Of a stretch of 64,000 nt of DNA, positions 1 through 7,869 are shown in pieces; the stretch's first letter is position 1; each line of letters begins with the position of its first letter. The notes below the pieces were generated by a model. That model was not told the origin of the DNA. It saw nothing but the letters and a program-made list of their open reading frames with translations, and made no database searches. The DNA comes from Bryobacteraceae bacterium (GTDB taxonomy: Bacteria > Acidobacteriota > Terriglobia > Bryobacterales > Bryobacteraceae). The stretch lies in assembly GCA_036008345.1 (NCBI GenBank), contig DASYNU010000192.1, positions 5,800-69,799 of the forward strand, written 5' to 3'. The translations under genes were made by a program, and so were the position numbers.

Positions 1-47
1 CAGAAGCCGGAGTTGGCGCAAGGCTATTTCGAACAACCCAGCTGACG

Positions 48-205
48 GACAGGCGGCAGGCGGCAGAAGGCAGGCGGCAGCACCCCGTCGCGGCCATCGT
101 GTATCCTTCGGCCTGCTTACTGCCACCTGCTTACTGCCACCTGCCGCCTGCTTCCTGCCACCTGCAGCCTGCTTCCTGCCACCTGCAGCCTGCCGCCCGC
201 CGCCT
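48..205. repeat. Family A heptad-built imperfect inverted repeat: 5 x GGCAGNN (48-82), about 30-nt spacer, 13 x CTGCNNC (113-203)
   Basis: Read directly: gacaggc ggcaggc ggcagaa ggcaggc ggcagca ... ctgctta ctgccac ctgctta ctgccac ctgccgc ctgcttc ctgccac ctgcagc ctgcttc ctgccac ctgcagc ctgccgc ccgccgc. The two arms are reverse complements. Lies about 13 nt 3' of the stop codon (218-220) of the minus-strand oxidoreductase gene. Confidence 0.85.
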
Positions 206-217
206 GGAGACGGCCGC

Positions 218-1324
218 CTAAAGCTCTTCCCACTTCACTACCCGCTTCTCATAAATCGCCTTGCGTCCTAGCATGGCTACCATGGTCGACATGGCGGCTG
301 ACTCGGCGTTGTTCAGGGGGGTCTTGTGGCCGCGTGCGTTGTCGATGAAGGCGGCGAGCGAAAGATAGGTTGAGTCCTCGGCTGCGTCGGGGACTTCCAG
401 CTTGATTTCTCCCTTCTTATCGCGCTCCATCCAGGTTGCGGTGGCGAGGTCGATGGCGCCTTTTGCGCCATACACTCGTTCCTTCACGCCAGAAAAACCG
501 GGGGGGTCGAAATAGATGTGGCTAAACTCGAGGCGCAGGTCGTCCGGGAATTCGTAGATCACCGCGTAGTTGTCCATAGTGGTGCGGCCGGGCGGATCGT
601 TCTTGAAAAAGTTGATACCGCCTGAACCGTAGGCTCTCACCGGATGCTTGCCCGCGGTCCAGGTAAACAGATCCAGGATGTGGCACGCCTGCTCCACAAT
701 GTTATCGCCGGAACGGTTGCGGTCGAAATACCAGGCTGTCTCATGTGGCAGATCGCCGGTGTGCCGATAGCCCTGCAGAAAAAGAACGTCCCCAATTCCA
801 CCTGAATGGATGAACTCGATGGAGCGTTTGCGCCGGGGATCGTGCCGGAGTTGGAAGCCTGCTTGAAAGATACCTTTGGCGCTTCTGGCTGCCGCCACCA
901 TGAGCTTGACGTCCTCGGGCGTGGTGGCCATCGGCTTCTCGCAATACACGCTGTTACCGACTTCCAATGCATCGATTGCGATCGTCTTATGCGTGTCCAC
1001 CGGTGTCGCGATGATGGTTACGTCGATATCCTTGCGCTCGTCCAGCATCTTTCGGAAATCGGTATATGTTGCCGGTTCGGACCCGGTGGCGCTAACGACA
1101 GCCTTGGCTTTGTCCAGACGCTCGGTATCCAGGTCGCACAGGGCGACCACTTTGACGCCAGGCACTTTCAGTATATTTTTGAGATCGTACGATCCTCGGT
1201 TCCCCACGCCGATCACCGCCACGCGAACCGTGTCGTTGGGGGATTGAGCTTCTAAAAGCGCCGGCATCGCCACTGCAGTTTTCAGAACATCTCTTCGCGA
1301 AAGCATGTTGTCAGTATGCTGCAT
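218..1324 (-). CDS. Gfo/Idh/MocA family oxidoreductase, Tat-exported
   Basis: 368-aa ORF. Twin-arginine signal (SRRDVLKTAVAMPALL), Rossmann GxGxxG (VIGVGNRGS) and the family EKP motif (YCEKPMA). Confidence 0.85.
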   Translation of the reverse strand: MQHTDNMLSRRDVLKTAVAMPALLEAQSPNDTVRVAVIGVGNRGSYDLKNILKVPGVKVVALCDLDTERLDKAKAVVSATGSEPATYTDFRKMLDERKDIDVTIIATPVDTHKTIAIDALEVGNSVYCEKPMATTPEDVKLMVAAARSAKGIFQAGFQLRHDPRRKRSIEFIHSGGIGDVLFLQGYRHTGDLPHETAWYFDRNRSGDNIVEQACHILDLFTWTAGKHPVRAYGSGGINFFKNDPPGRTTMDNYAVIYEFPDDLRLEFSHIYFDPPGFSGVKERVYGAKGAIDLATATWMERDKKGEIKLEVPDAAEDSTYLSLAAFIDNARGHKTPLNNAESAAMSTMVAMLGRKAIYEKRVVKWEEL

Positions 1325-1349
1325 CTGCGAGCGGCATTACAATGACAGC

Positions 1350-1883
1350 ATGGAGTTCCGGCTGAACGATACCTTGCGGATTCTGAGATCGACGCCGCGT
1401 GTGTTCACCGCGCTTTTTGCGGATCTGCCCAGGGAGTGGCTGGACGCGCGCGACTCGCGGGAATCGTTCAGCGCTATCGACGTGCTCGGGCATTTGATTT
1501 ACGGCGAGCAGACGGATTGGATTCCGCGAACCAAAATCATTTTGGAATGCGGCGAGTCGCGCCCGTTCGATCCATTTGACCGGCGCGGTTTCGCGTCCTT
1601 GATCGAAGGACGAAGCACCGAGGATCTGCTGAACATGTTTCAGGAGGCGCGCGAGCAGAGTTTGAACGCCCTCGGAAGCTTGGAGATCGGGCCCGGCGAG
1701 CTGGCGTTGACGGGGATGCATCCCGGGCTCGGCAAAGTAACTATGCAGAATCTTCTGGCGGCCTGGGCGGTGCACGATCTCGGCCATACCAGCCAGGTGT
1801 CGCGGGCATTGGCCAGCCAGTATCGCGGCGAAGTGGGTCCGTGGGTGGCCTATATGTCGATCCTGGATGCGCCCAAGCCGTAG
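1350..1883 (+). CDS. DinB family protein
   Basis: ORF 1305..1883 trimmed to the ATG at 1350 (MEFRLNDTL). DinB-like His-containing helices (VLGHLIYGE, AVHDLGHTSQ). About 177 aa, typical size. Confidence 0.65.
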   Translation: MEFRLNDTLRILRSTPRVFTALFADLPREWLDARDSRESFSAIDVLGHLIYGEQTDWIPRTKIILECGESRPFDPFDRRGFASLIEGRSTEDLLNMFQEAREQSLNALGSLEIGPGELALTGMHPGLGKVTMQNLLAAWAVHDLGHTSQVSRALASQYRGEVGPWVAYMSILDAPKP

Positions 1884-2394
1884 GCGGCCGGTGATACGCA
1901 TCCGAAAATTTGAAATCTCCGATCTTGATCGTATTCTCGCCATCGAGCGGGCCTCTTTCGGAGAGGACGCCTGGGATGAGAAATTATTTTCCGCATTTTA
2001 TCGCAAGTGTCCGGACTTGTTTCTAGTCGCGACGGTGCGCCGCCGCGTAGCCGGCTACATCATCACCTGCGCTGGTTCCAGGAACGCAGAGCTGGCATCC
2101 ATCGCGGTAGACCCGCGCGACCGGCATCACGGCGTGGGGCAAGCCATGCTCAATCACGCGCTCCAGGAATTGCGCGCGCTTCGCGTGAAAGCGTGGTGGC
2201 TGATGGTCTCGATTGAAAACGAATCGGCCATTCGATTCTACGAACAGTATGGCTTCGGTCGGCAAAAAGTAGTGAAGCGTTATTACGGGCCTGGAAGAAG
2301 CGCCTGGCGCATGCGCCGGCTCACGGCCACAGCAGCAAACTCAAAAACAGCCCCAGCCACAACAACGTCAAGAAATGCCAATAGAGCGCGGTAA
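1867..2394 (+). CDS. rimI: GNAT N-acetyltransferase, RimI-like (ribosomal protein alanine acetyltransferase family)
   Basis: RimI-type N-terminus (ILAIERASFGEDAW), acetyl-CoA motif (RHHGVGQAML) and AIRFYEQYGF. The C-terminal tail overlaps the convergent cox3-like gene by 74 nt, so the true stop context is unusual. Confidence 0.7.
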   Translation: MRPSRRRPVIRIRKFEISDLDRILAIERASFGEDAWDEKLFSAFYRKCPDLFLVATVRRRVAGYIITCAGSRNAELASIAVDPRDRHHGVGQAMLNHALQELRALRVKAWWLMVSIENESAIRFYEQYGFGRQKVVKRYYGPGRSAWRMRRLTATAANSKTAPATTTSRNANRAR

Positions 2395-3010
2395 CCGCGG
2401 CCCGTGTTCTTTGCCTACGGAAATCCAGCAGCACGGATTCCGGCCGCAGCGAGGCACGCAACAGTAGATAGCACATAGCTGCCATGCCGCCTAGCAAATG
2501 AATCCCGTGCGCGCCGGTTACCACATAGAAAAGCGAGCTATGCGGATTGTGGCGAAGGTAAATCCCCTGCGACACCAGTTCGCGGAGCGCCAGAAGCTGT
2601 GTTGCAAGAAAGGCCAGACCGATTCCGAGCGTGAGTTCCAGCCAGCGTGCATAGCGATGGCTGTTCTTGCGCTCCAGGAAAGCGCGCGCGCATTCCAGCG
2701 TCCAACTGCTGGATAGAATCAGTGCCGTACTCACCCACAGCAGCCGCGGAACCTGGATGTGCTGCCAGTTGAACCCCGTGCGCGAGCGCGCGAAGTAGGC
2801 CACGCCGAGGGTGATGAACAGCGTGGCGATGGACAGCAGGACGAACCGCATGGCGAACAGGCCGGCGTCCGGAATGTAACGCGACGATCCGCCGTCTCCT
2901 GCGCCATCATCCCCGCCGCCCCCTCCCGGGTCATCCGGCCACAAATCGCGCGGCCCACCACCCCGAGAGCCAGCCAGCTTAGGTTGCGCGGCATCAGTCA
3001 CCGTCGGCAT
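2321..3010 (-). CDS. Cytochrome c oxidase subunit III family membrane protein (orphan)
   Basis: ORF 2321..3112 trimmed to the ATG at 3010 because the upstream part is translated family A repeat. Five predicted TM helices. C-terminal motifs typical of heme-copper oxidase subunit III (FYVVTGAHGIHLLGG, YWHFLTLLWLGLF). Confidence 0.7.
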   Translation of the reverse strand: MPTVTDAAQPKLAGSRGGGPRDLWPDDPGGGGGDDGAGDGGSSRYIPDAGLFAMRFVLLSIATLFITLGVAYFARSRTGFNWQHIQVPRLLWVSTALILSSSWTLECARAFLERKNSHRYARWLELTLGIGLAFLATQLLALRELVSQGIYLRHNPHSSLFYVVTGAHGIHLLGGMAAMCYLLLRASLRPESVLLDFRRQRTRAAVTALYWHFLTLLWLGLFLSLLLWP

Positions 3011-3035
3011 TATCTTTTTAAGATAACGCCGACGG
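3001..3035 (-). promoter_or_regulatory. 16-bp stem hairpin enclosing the cox3-like start codon
   Basis: ccgtcggcattatct ttt(loop) agataacgccgacgg. 3001-3016 pairs with 3020-3035 with one A/C mismatch, which is a G.U wobble in the minus-strand RNA. The ATG (3010-3008, minus strand) sits inside the stem. Confidence 0.5.
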
Positions 3036-3036
3036 C

Positions 3037-3177
3037 GGCAGGAGGCAGGGGGCAGGCGGCAGGCGGCAGGAAGCAAGCGGCGGGCGGCAGGCTGCAGGAA
3101 GCAGGCACCCACGGAGCGTTCGTTCGGGCTGCCGCCTGCCGCCTGGTGCCTGCCGCCCGGTGCCTGCCGCCTGGCCT
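3037..3177. repeat. Family A heptad-built inverted repeat: 10 x GGCAGNN-like (3037-3106), 22-nt spacer, 7 x CTGCCGC-like (3129-3177)
   Basis: ggcagga ggcaggg ggcaggc ggcaggc ggcagga agcaagc ggcgggc ggcaggc tgcagga agcaggc ... ctgccgc ctgccgc ctggtgc ctgccgc ccggtgc ctgccgc ctggcct. Overlaps the stop codon (3176-3178) of the minus-strand YfiT-like gene by 2 nt. Confidence 0.85.
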
Positions 3178-3706
3178 ACCAGCTCATCCGATCGCGCAAT
3201 CCCCGGATATGAGCCACATGATGCCGTCCGTGCCAGGCGTACAGGGCTGCGTTTTTTTCCAGACTTACGGGACCTAGCTCCGGATGACGGAAGGTGCGCT
3301 TCCAATCCTGATCGCTCAGGGAACTGAGTAGAGCGCCCCACCGGGCGTGCAGTGATTCCAGCAGCGCGAGCGAAACATCCACTGGCGCGGTGCGTGCATC
3401 TGAAAGTTCCGCCCAACGGTCTTCGTGATAGGCCTTAATGACGGGGACATCCTCAGTTAGGGCCCACCGGAATCGAACATAACTGTTCAGATGACTGTCG
3501 GGCACGTGATGCACCACTTGCCGGACGGTCCAACCGCCGGGCCGGTAAGGAATATCGAGTTGCTCGTCGGACAGGCCGGCGACCGCAGCTTTCATTCGCG
3601 CCGGCGCTTCTGCAATCTGTTCTATGAACCTCAGGCGATCCTCTGGAGTGACCGCCTCTGGAAACGCGAACTTGCCCACGGGATAACGCAGGTCAGGAGT
3701 ATCCAT
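3176..3706 (-). CDS. DinB/YfiT-family metal-dependent hydrolase (bacillithiol-transferase-like)
   Basis: ORF trimmed to the ATG at 3706 (MDTPDLRYPVGKF). YfiT-type His triad context (VVHHVPDSHLNSYVRFRW, AWHGRHHVAHI). Confidence 0.75.
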   Translation of the reverse strand: MDTPDLRYPVGKFAFPEAVTPEDRLRFIEQIAEAPARMKAAVAGLSDEQLDIPYRPGGWTVRQVVHHVPDSHLNSYVRFRWALTEDVPVIKAYHEDRWAELSDARTAPVDVSLALLESLHARWGALLSSLSDQDWKRTFRHPELGPVSLEKNAALYAWHGRHHVAHIRGLRDRMSW

Positions 3707-3774
3707 GCAAGAAAGATTCACCACGCCCGCTCTCGGATTCAGCGCATTTTTGCCCGTGCTATGCTGTTTCCGGA

Positions 3775-5178
3775 GTGTTCAGCAGGCATTACAGAAAAGT
3801 CAAGGCAATCTTCGGCCTTACCGACGTACTGCTTATTTCCTTAGCTTTCTTCGCCGCGTACCAGACCCGTATCCGTCTGCAATTCGAAAAGCTTTTCTAT
3901 CTCGATTTCCTGTTGGCCACGCTGCTGCTGATCATTTCGATTTTGTGCTGGACGGCCATCGGTTACTGGTTCAACATTTACGAGAAGCTGGATTCCGCGC
4001 ATCCTCGAGTGGTTCTACGTGACACGTTCCGGCAATGCGCCCTGGGCGCCATCTCGCTGGTGGTGGCCGAGTACATGCTGCGGCTGGACCTCAGCCGCTC
4101 TTTCGTCGCCTTGTTTGCTATCTACGCCTGGGTGCTGCTGTGCTTGTTCCGCATTAACTTCGCGCGTGCCATCGGACGGGTGCGCAGGGAGTTTGGTACG
4201 GCCCACTACGTAATGGTGGTTGGGTCAGGCGCAAGCGCACTGCACCTGGGGGCGGCGCTGGAGCAATCCGCCGATTACGGCGTCCGGCTGATGGGATTCC
4301 TGGACGACGAGCCGGGGCAAGTTCAACTGGCCGGCATCTACCAGCAGCATCCGCTATCCCAACTGCCTGAGCTACTGCGCCAGCAGGTGATCGACGAGAT
4401 CATTTTTGCCGTGGATAGCGGCAAGCTGGCGGCGATGGAAGAAGTTTTCCTGCTGTGCGACGAGGAGGGGGTGCGTACGCGAGTGGTGGTGGATTTCTTC
4501 CCGCACGTGAACAGTCAAGTGTACCTGGACCGTTTGGGCAGCACGCCGCTGCTGACATTTTCGGCCGCGCCTCACGATGAAATCCGGCTGCTTTTAAAGC
4601 GCGTAACGGACATCCTGTTGGCGGCCGCCGCCTTGATACTGATGCTGCCTTTCATGCTAATGATCGCGCTGCTGATCCCGCTCACTTCGCCTGGACCAGC
4701 TATTTTCCGCCAGGAACGCTGCGGGCTGAACGGGCGCCGCTTTGTGTTCTATAAATTCCGCTCCATGTGCGACAACGCCGAAGAGTTGAAAGCCTCGCTG
4801 GCGCACCTCAGCCAAAGATCCACGGCGTTCAAGATTCCGAATGACCCGCGGCTCACGCGCCTGGGTTGGTTCTTGCGCAAGTTCTCGATCGACGAGTGGC
4901 CGCAATTGTGGAATGTACTGAAAGGCGATATGTCGCTAGTGGGTCCGCGGCCGGCCGTTCCCGAAGAAGTGGAGATGTACCAGCGCTGGCAGCGCCGCCG
5001 GCTCCGCATGCGGCCGGGACTCACCTGTCTATGGGCGCTGGCTGGCCGCGATGCTCTGGATTTCGATACCTGGATGAAGATGGACATGCAATACATCGAT
5101 ACCTGGTCGTTGGCGCTAGACTGGAAGATAATCGTGCGCACAATTCCGCGCGTGCTAACGGGGCGGGGAGCGAGTTGA
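3775..5178 (+). CDS. Polyprenyl-phosphate hexose-1-phosphate transferase (WbaP/EPS priming sugar transferase)
   Basis: 467 aa, GTG start. N-terminal TM block plus the bacterial sugar transferase core (AIFRQERCGLNGRRFVFYKFRSM, DEWPQLWNVLKGDMSLVGPRP). Confidence 0.9.
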   Translation: MFSRHYRKVKAIFGLTDVLLISLAFFAAYQTRIRLQFEKLFYLDFLLATLLLIISILCWTAIGYWFNIYEKLDSAHPRVVLRDTFRQCALGAISLVVAEYMLRLDLSRSFVALFAIYAWVLLCLFRINFARAIGRVRREFGTAHYVMVVGSGASALHLGAALEQSADYGVRLMGFLDDEPGQVQLAGIYQQHPLSQLPELLRQQVIDEIIFAVDSGKLAAMEEVFLLCDEEGVRTRVVVDFFPHVNSQVYLDRLGSTPLLTFSAAPHDEIRLLLKRVTDILLAAAALILMLPFMLMIALLIPLTSPGPAIFRQERCGLNGRRFVFYKFRSMCDNAEELKASLAHLSQRSTAFKIPNDPRLTRLGWFLRKFSIDEWPQLWNVLKGDMSLVGPRPAVPEEVEMYQRWQRRRLRMRPGLTCLWALAGRDALDFDTWMKMDMQYIDTWSLALDWKIIVRTIPRVLTGRGAS

Positions 5179-5183
5179 GAATC

Positions 5184-5243
5184 GGTTGGCAGGCGAAAGC
5201 GCCTGCCCCACATAGGTGGAGCAGGCGCTTTCGCCTGCTAACC
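5184..5243. repeat. Family B REP pair (GGTTGGCAGGCGAAAGCGCCTGCCCCAC / inverted copy)
   Basis: ggttggcaggcgaaagcgcctgccccac (5184-5211), 3-nt spacer, ggtggagcaggcgctttcgcctgctaacc (5215-5243). Each half is itself an 8-bp stem with a tetraloop. Sits between the sugar transferase stop and the next start. Confidence 0.85.
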
Positions 5244-5260
5244 CACAAGATGGGGAGATT

Positions 5261-5875
5261 ATGCACTTAGTACCAACTCAAGACGAAGTAGTCAGCCTGT
5301 TGCGGCGTACTGGGGCCATCCGCGACGGCCATTTCGAATATCCCAATGGTCTGCACGCCACCGAATATATGCAGGTACAGTTGGCGATGCGATATTTTCA
5401 GCACGCCAAGGTATTGAGCGTGGGGCTGAGCCGATTGCTGCGCGCCAATTCCGAGATCCGCGCCATCATTCCGGAGCTATCCATCGTATGTCCGGATACC
5501 GGTGGGTTGCCGGTGGCGTACGGCGTTTGCGAAGCGTTGCGCGCGCACCAGGTTTACTGGGCGGAGCGCGAGACAGAAAATGGGCCGATGCGTTTCCGCC
5601 AATATCTGGAGCAAGTGCCGGGCGAGAAGGTACTACTCGTGGACGACATTCTGCGCTCCGGCCGGAACCTGGCGGAGTTGAAGCGGCTGGTGGAATCGAA
5701 CGGCGCCCAAGTGGTGGGGCTGGCGGTAATCATTTACCAGCCCACGCCGAAGACCATCGACTTCAGTCCTCTGCCCTTCTATTCGCTGGCCAAGCTGGAT
5801 GCCACTTACTACAAAGATGCTGGATCGTGCGATCTGTGTAAGCGCGGAGTGCCGGCGGAGAAGGTTTGGATTTAA
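5261..5875 (+). CDS. Phosphoribosyltransferase (orotate PRT-like)
   Basis: ORF trimmed to the ATG at 5261, preceded by a GGGGAG Shine-Dalgarno. PRPP-binding loop VLLVDDILRSGRNL. Confidence 0.7.
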   Translation: MHLVPTQDEVVSLLRRTGAIRDGHFEYPNGLHATEYMQVQLAMRYFQHAKVLSVGLSRLLRANSEIRAIIPELSIVCPDTGGLPVAYGVCEALRAHQVYWAERETENGPMRFRQYLEQVPGEKVLLVDDILRSGRNLAELKRLVESNGAQVVGLAVIIYQPTPKTIDFSPLPFYSLAKLDATYYKDAGSCDLCKRGVPAEKVWI

Positions 5876-5945
5876 GAAGAATTCAGAAGCCAGAATGCAG
5901 GAGTCAGAATGGTGGCGACAGTGGTGCGGCGCCGTGCGCCGCTAC

Positions 5946-7820
5946 TTATTCCGGATTCTGCTCAGGGACTATCTTCGATTCCGCCGTAAATTTCTGATAA
6001 TTGCTGAAATCGATCGTCTTCCGGCTGCACTCCTGGCGATCTCGAATGCAAACACGCGTCTCAGCCTGTAAAGGCAGCAGGTAGGTATCAGAAGACCCTA
6101 ATCGGACCTCCCCGAAGGTCACACCGCCCTCTACGCTGCGGAGCGGGAAAGCGGACGGAATTCCTTCCGCCGTTCTTTCGATTCGCAACACGCGGTTTGA
6201 CGACCGGTCGAACCAGATGCGGCCGCTGTACTGCGCAACGATGAATTGATAATCAGAGAGAATTTTCCAGTCCGACTGTGCGTGGCTGATGTGAAAGCCG
6301 TACTCCTCGGCAGCCACGCCGTTCACCTGATCTTCCTTGATGAACTGAAAGTCTGAATCCGGATTCCGAAGAAGGCTTCGGAGTAAGCTTCCAAACTCTC
6401 CCGTGGAAACGTCGCCGCCTAACTCCGCCCACGATTTTGGGGTCGGCTGACCGTTCAGCCGGATTTCGCGATAGTCTTCGCCCGTTTTGCCACTATAGGA
6501 GACGGCGGCCGAGAGGGTGTTTTGAACTCCGTTCCCAGATCGCGCCACCACCTCTTTGCAAAGGAAATCCGGCAGCGTGTGAAGCATTAGCGCCGCCGTT
6601 TCCCGAGCCTTCAGGAGCCACGGGTCCGATGCCGCTGGAGTGTTGGCCGGCTCCGTCGGCGCCACACCCGCCTGTTCCAGGGGCTGCAGCAGACTCCACG
6701 ATTTCGCCACCATACCGTGCCCGTCATATTGATTGCTCCGCACGCTCGCACGGTCTCCTCTACTTAGATTCACCTTCGCATTTCGGTCGAAATCAATCAC
6801 GACGAACCTTGCATCGTCCAACTCCAAAACCATGCTCTGGCCCTTCATGGAATGCACCAATCCCACGAATGTGTACGCGGGCTCCCGCGGAAGTACCTGG
6901 GTAGTGGACACCGGTGAGGACACTTTCGGCGGTTCCTTAATCGCGTTGGCCGGATAAATCTGTTGGCTGAGAACTCGTACTCCTTTGCGAGTGCTGGATA
7001 GACGCACTGTGTGGAATGAGCCTTCGGCCTTGCTTGCCTGCGACGGGCTGTAATCGAGCAGATAAGTGGCAGAGGTATCCGTTCCCATTTGTTTCAGGGC
7101 CATCTTGAGATCACTGCTGCCAAATGTCCGGCCTCCGGTGGCTGCCGACAGCACCTCCAGACCATCCCGATTCAGAGTGCCAAGCAACAGACCCGGATCG
7201 AGTGTATAGACCGCAATGTCGCCTCGATCGAAGAGCGCTGCCAGTTGGAGCAAGCGCGGCTTCAAGTCCACCCAGCCCTCAACCATTTTCATACTGCTCG
7301 GAATCCCGTAGGTGATCCAAAGCAACTGCTTGGGACCCGGAAACCGCGCCAACTCTTGGCTCAACGAATCCAGGCCGGAATAAACTGTCTTGAAACGCTC
7401 TACTGGGTCGGTCTTGAGGTCCGCGCGCCGCGCTCCATTCACTTTTTGCAACGCTTGATCCAGCTGTTTTCCGATGCCTTGTACCGGATACAAACCGCCA
7501 TCGACCGTCAAAAGGTAGAGATGTAGCCGGGAAGTAGCTTCCGCGCCAGCCAGGGACTCCCGCATTTGATTTACCTCAGCGTTGCGCTCCTGGAAACTCA
7601 AATCCAGCAAGTCCAGCAGGATGACAATCGTCGGTACTGTTTTGCTCTGATCCAGGCGGAGCGAGGTGATGGATTGAGGCGATCCGTCGTAAATGACTTT
7701 CAGGTCGGCCGGCTGAAGATCTGTAACAGGATGGCCGGCGTGGTCGGTGGCTACAACCTTCAACTCGACCTGCGCATACGCGATCCAGATGAAGAACGGA
7801 AGGGTCCAAAACGCTTTCAT
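5946..7820 (-). CDS. Secreted VWFA-related acidobacterial domain protein with uncharacterised C-terminal half
   Basis: 624 aa. Signal-like N-terminus (MKAFWTLPFFIWIAYAQ). The N-terminal region resembles the acidobacterial VWFA-related family (LKVIYDGSPQSITS ... TIVILLDLLDLS), but the MIDAS motif is degenerate. Confidence 0.45.
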   Translation of the reverse strand: MKAFWTLPFFIWIAYAQVELKVVATDHAGHPVTDLQPADLKVIYDGSPQSITSLRLDQSKTVPTIVILLDLLDLSFQERNAEVNQMRESLAGAEATSRLHLYLLTVDGGLYPVQGIGKQLDQALQKVNGARRADLKTDPVERFKTVYSGLDSLSQELARFPGPKQLLWITYGIPSSMKMVEGWVDLKPRLLQLAALFDRGDIAVYTLDPGLLLGTLNRDGLEVLSAATGGRTFGSSDLKMALKQMGTDTSATYLLDYSPSQASKAEGSFHTVRLSSTRKGVRVLSQQIYPANAIKEPPKVSSPVSTTQVLPREPAYTFVGLVHSMKGQSMVLELDDARFVVIDFDRNAKVNLSRGDRASVRSNQYDGHGMVAKSWSLLQPLEQAGVAPTEPANTPAASDPWLLKARETAALMLHTLPDFLCKEVVARSGNGVQNTLSAAVSYSGKTGEDYREIRLNGQPTPKSWAELGGDVSTGEFGSLLRSLLRNPDSDFQFIKEDQVNGVAAEEYGFHISHAQSDWKILSDYQFIVAQYSGRIWFDRSSNRVLRIERTAEGIPSAFPLRSVEGGVTFGEVRLGSSDTYLLPLQAETRVCIRDRQECSRKTIDFSNYQKFTAESKIVPEQNPE

Positions 7821-7869
7821 GGCGTAAGACCTCCAGCAACGAGACGCGCCCTTGGGGTGAAGGGTTACG

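Noticed and set aside
48-3177. Possibility that the heptad arrays or REP clusters are CRISPR arrays
   Set aside because: The repeat units are 7-28 nt and are contiguous or paired as inverted repeats. There are no 25-40-nt unique spacers separating direct repeats, and no cas genes are in the window.
3011-3416. N-terminal extension of the cox3-like ORF, plus ORFs 2759..3277 (plus-strand) and 3018..3416 (minus-strand)
   Set aside because: These are translations of the heptad repeat, giving repetitive AACRLPP/GGRQAA strings, or antisense readings of the YfiT-like gene.
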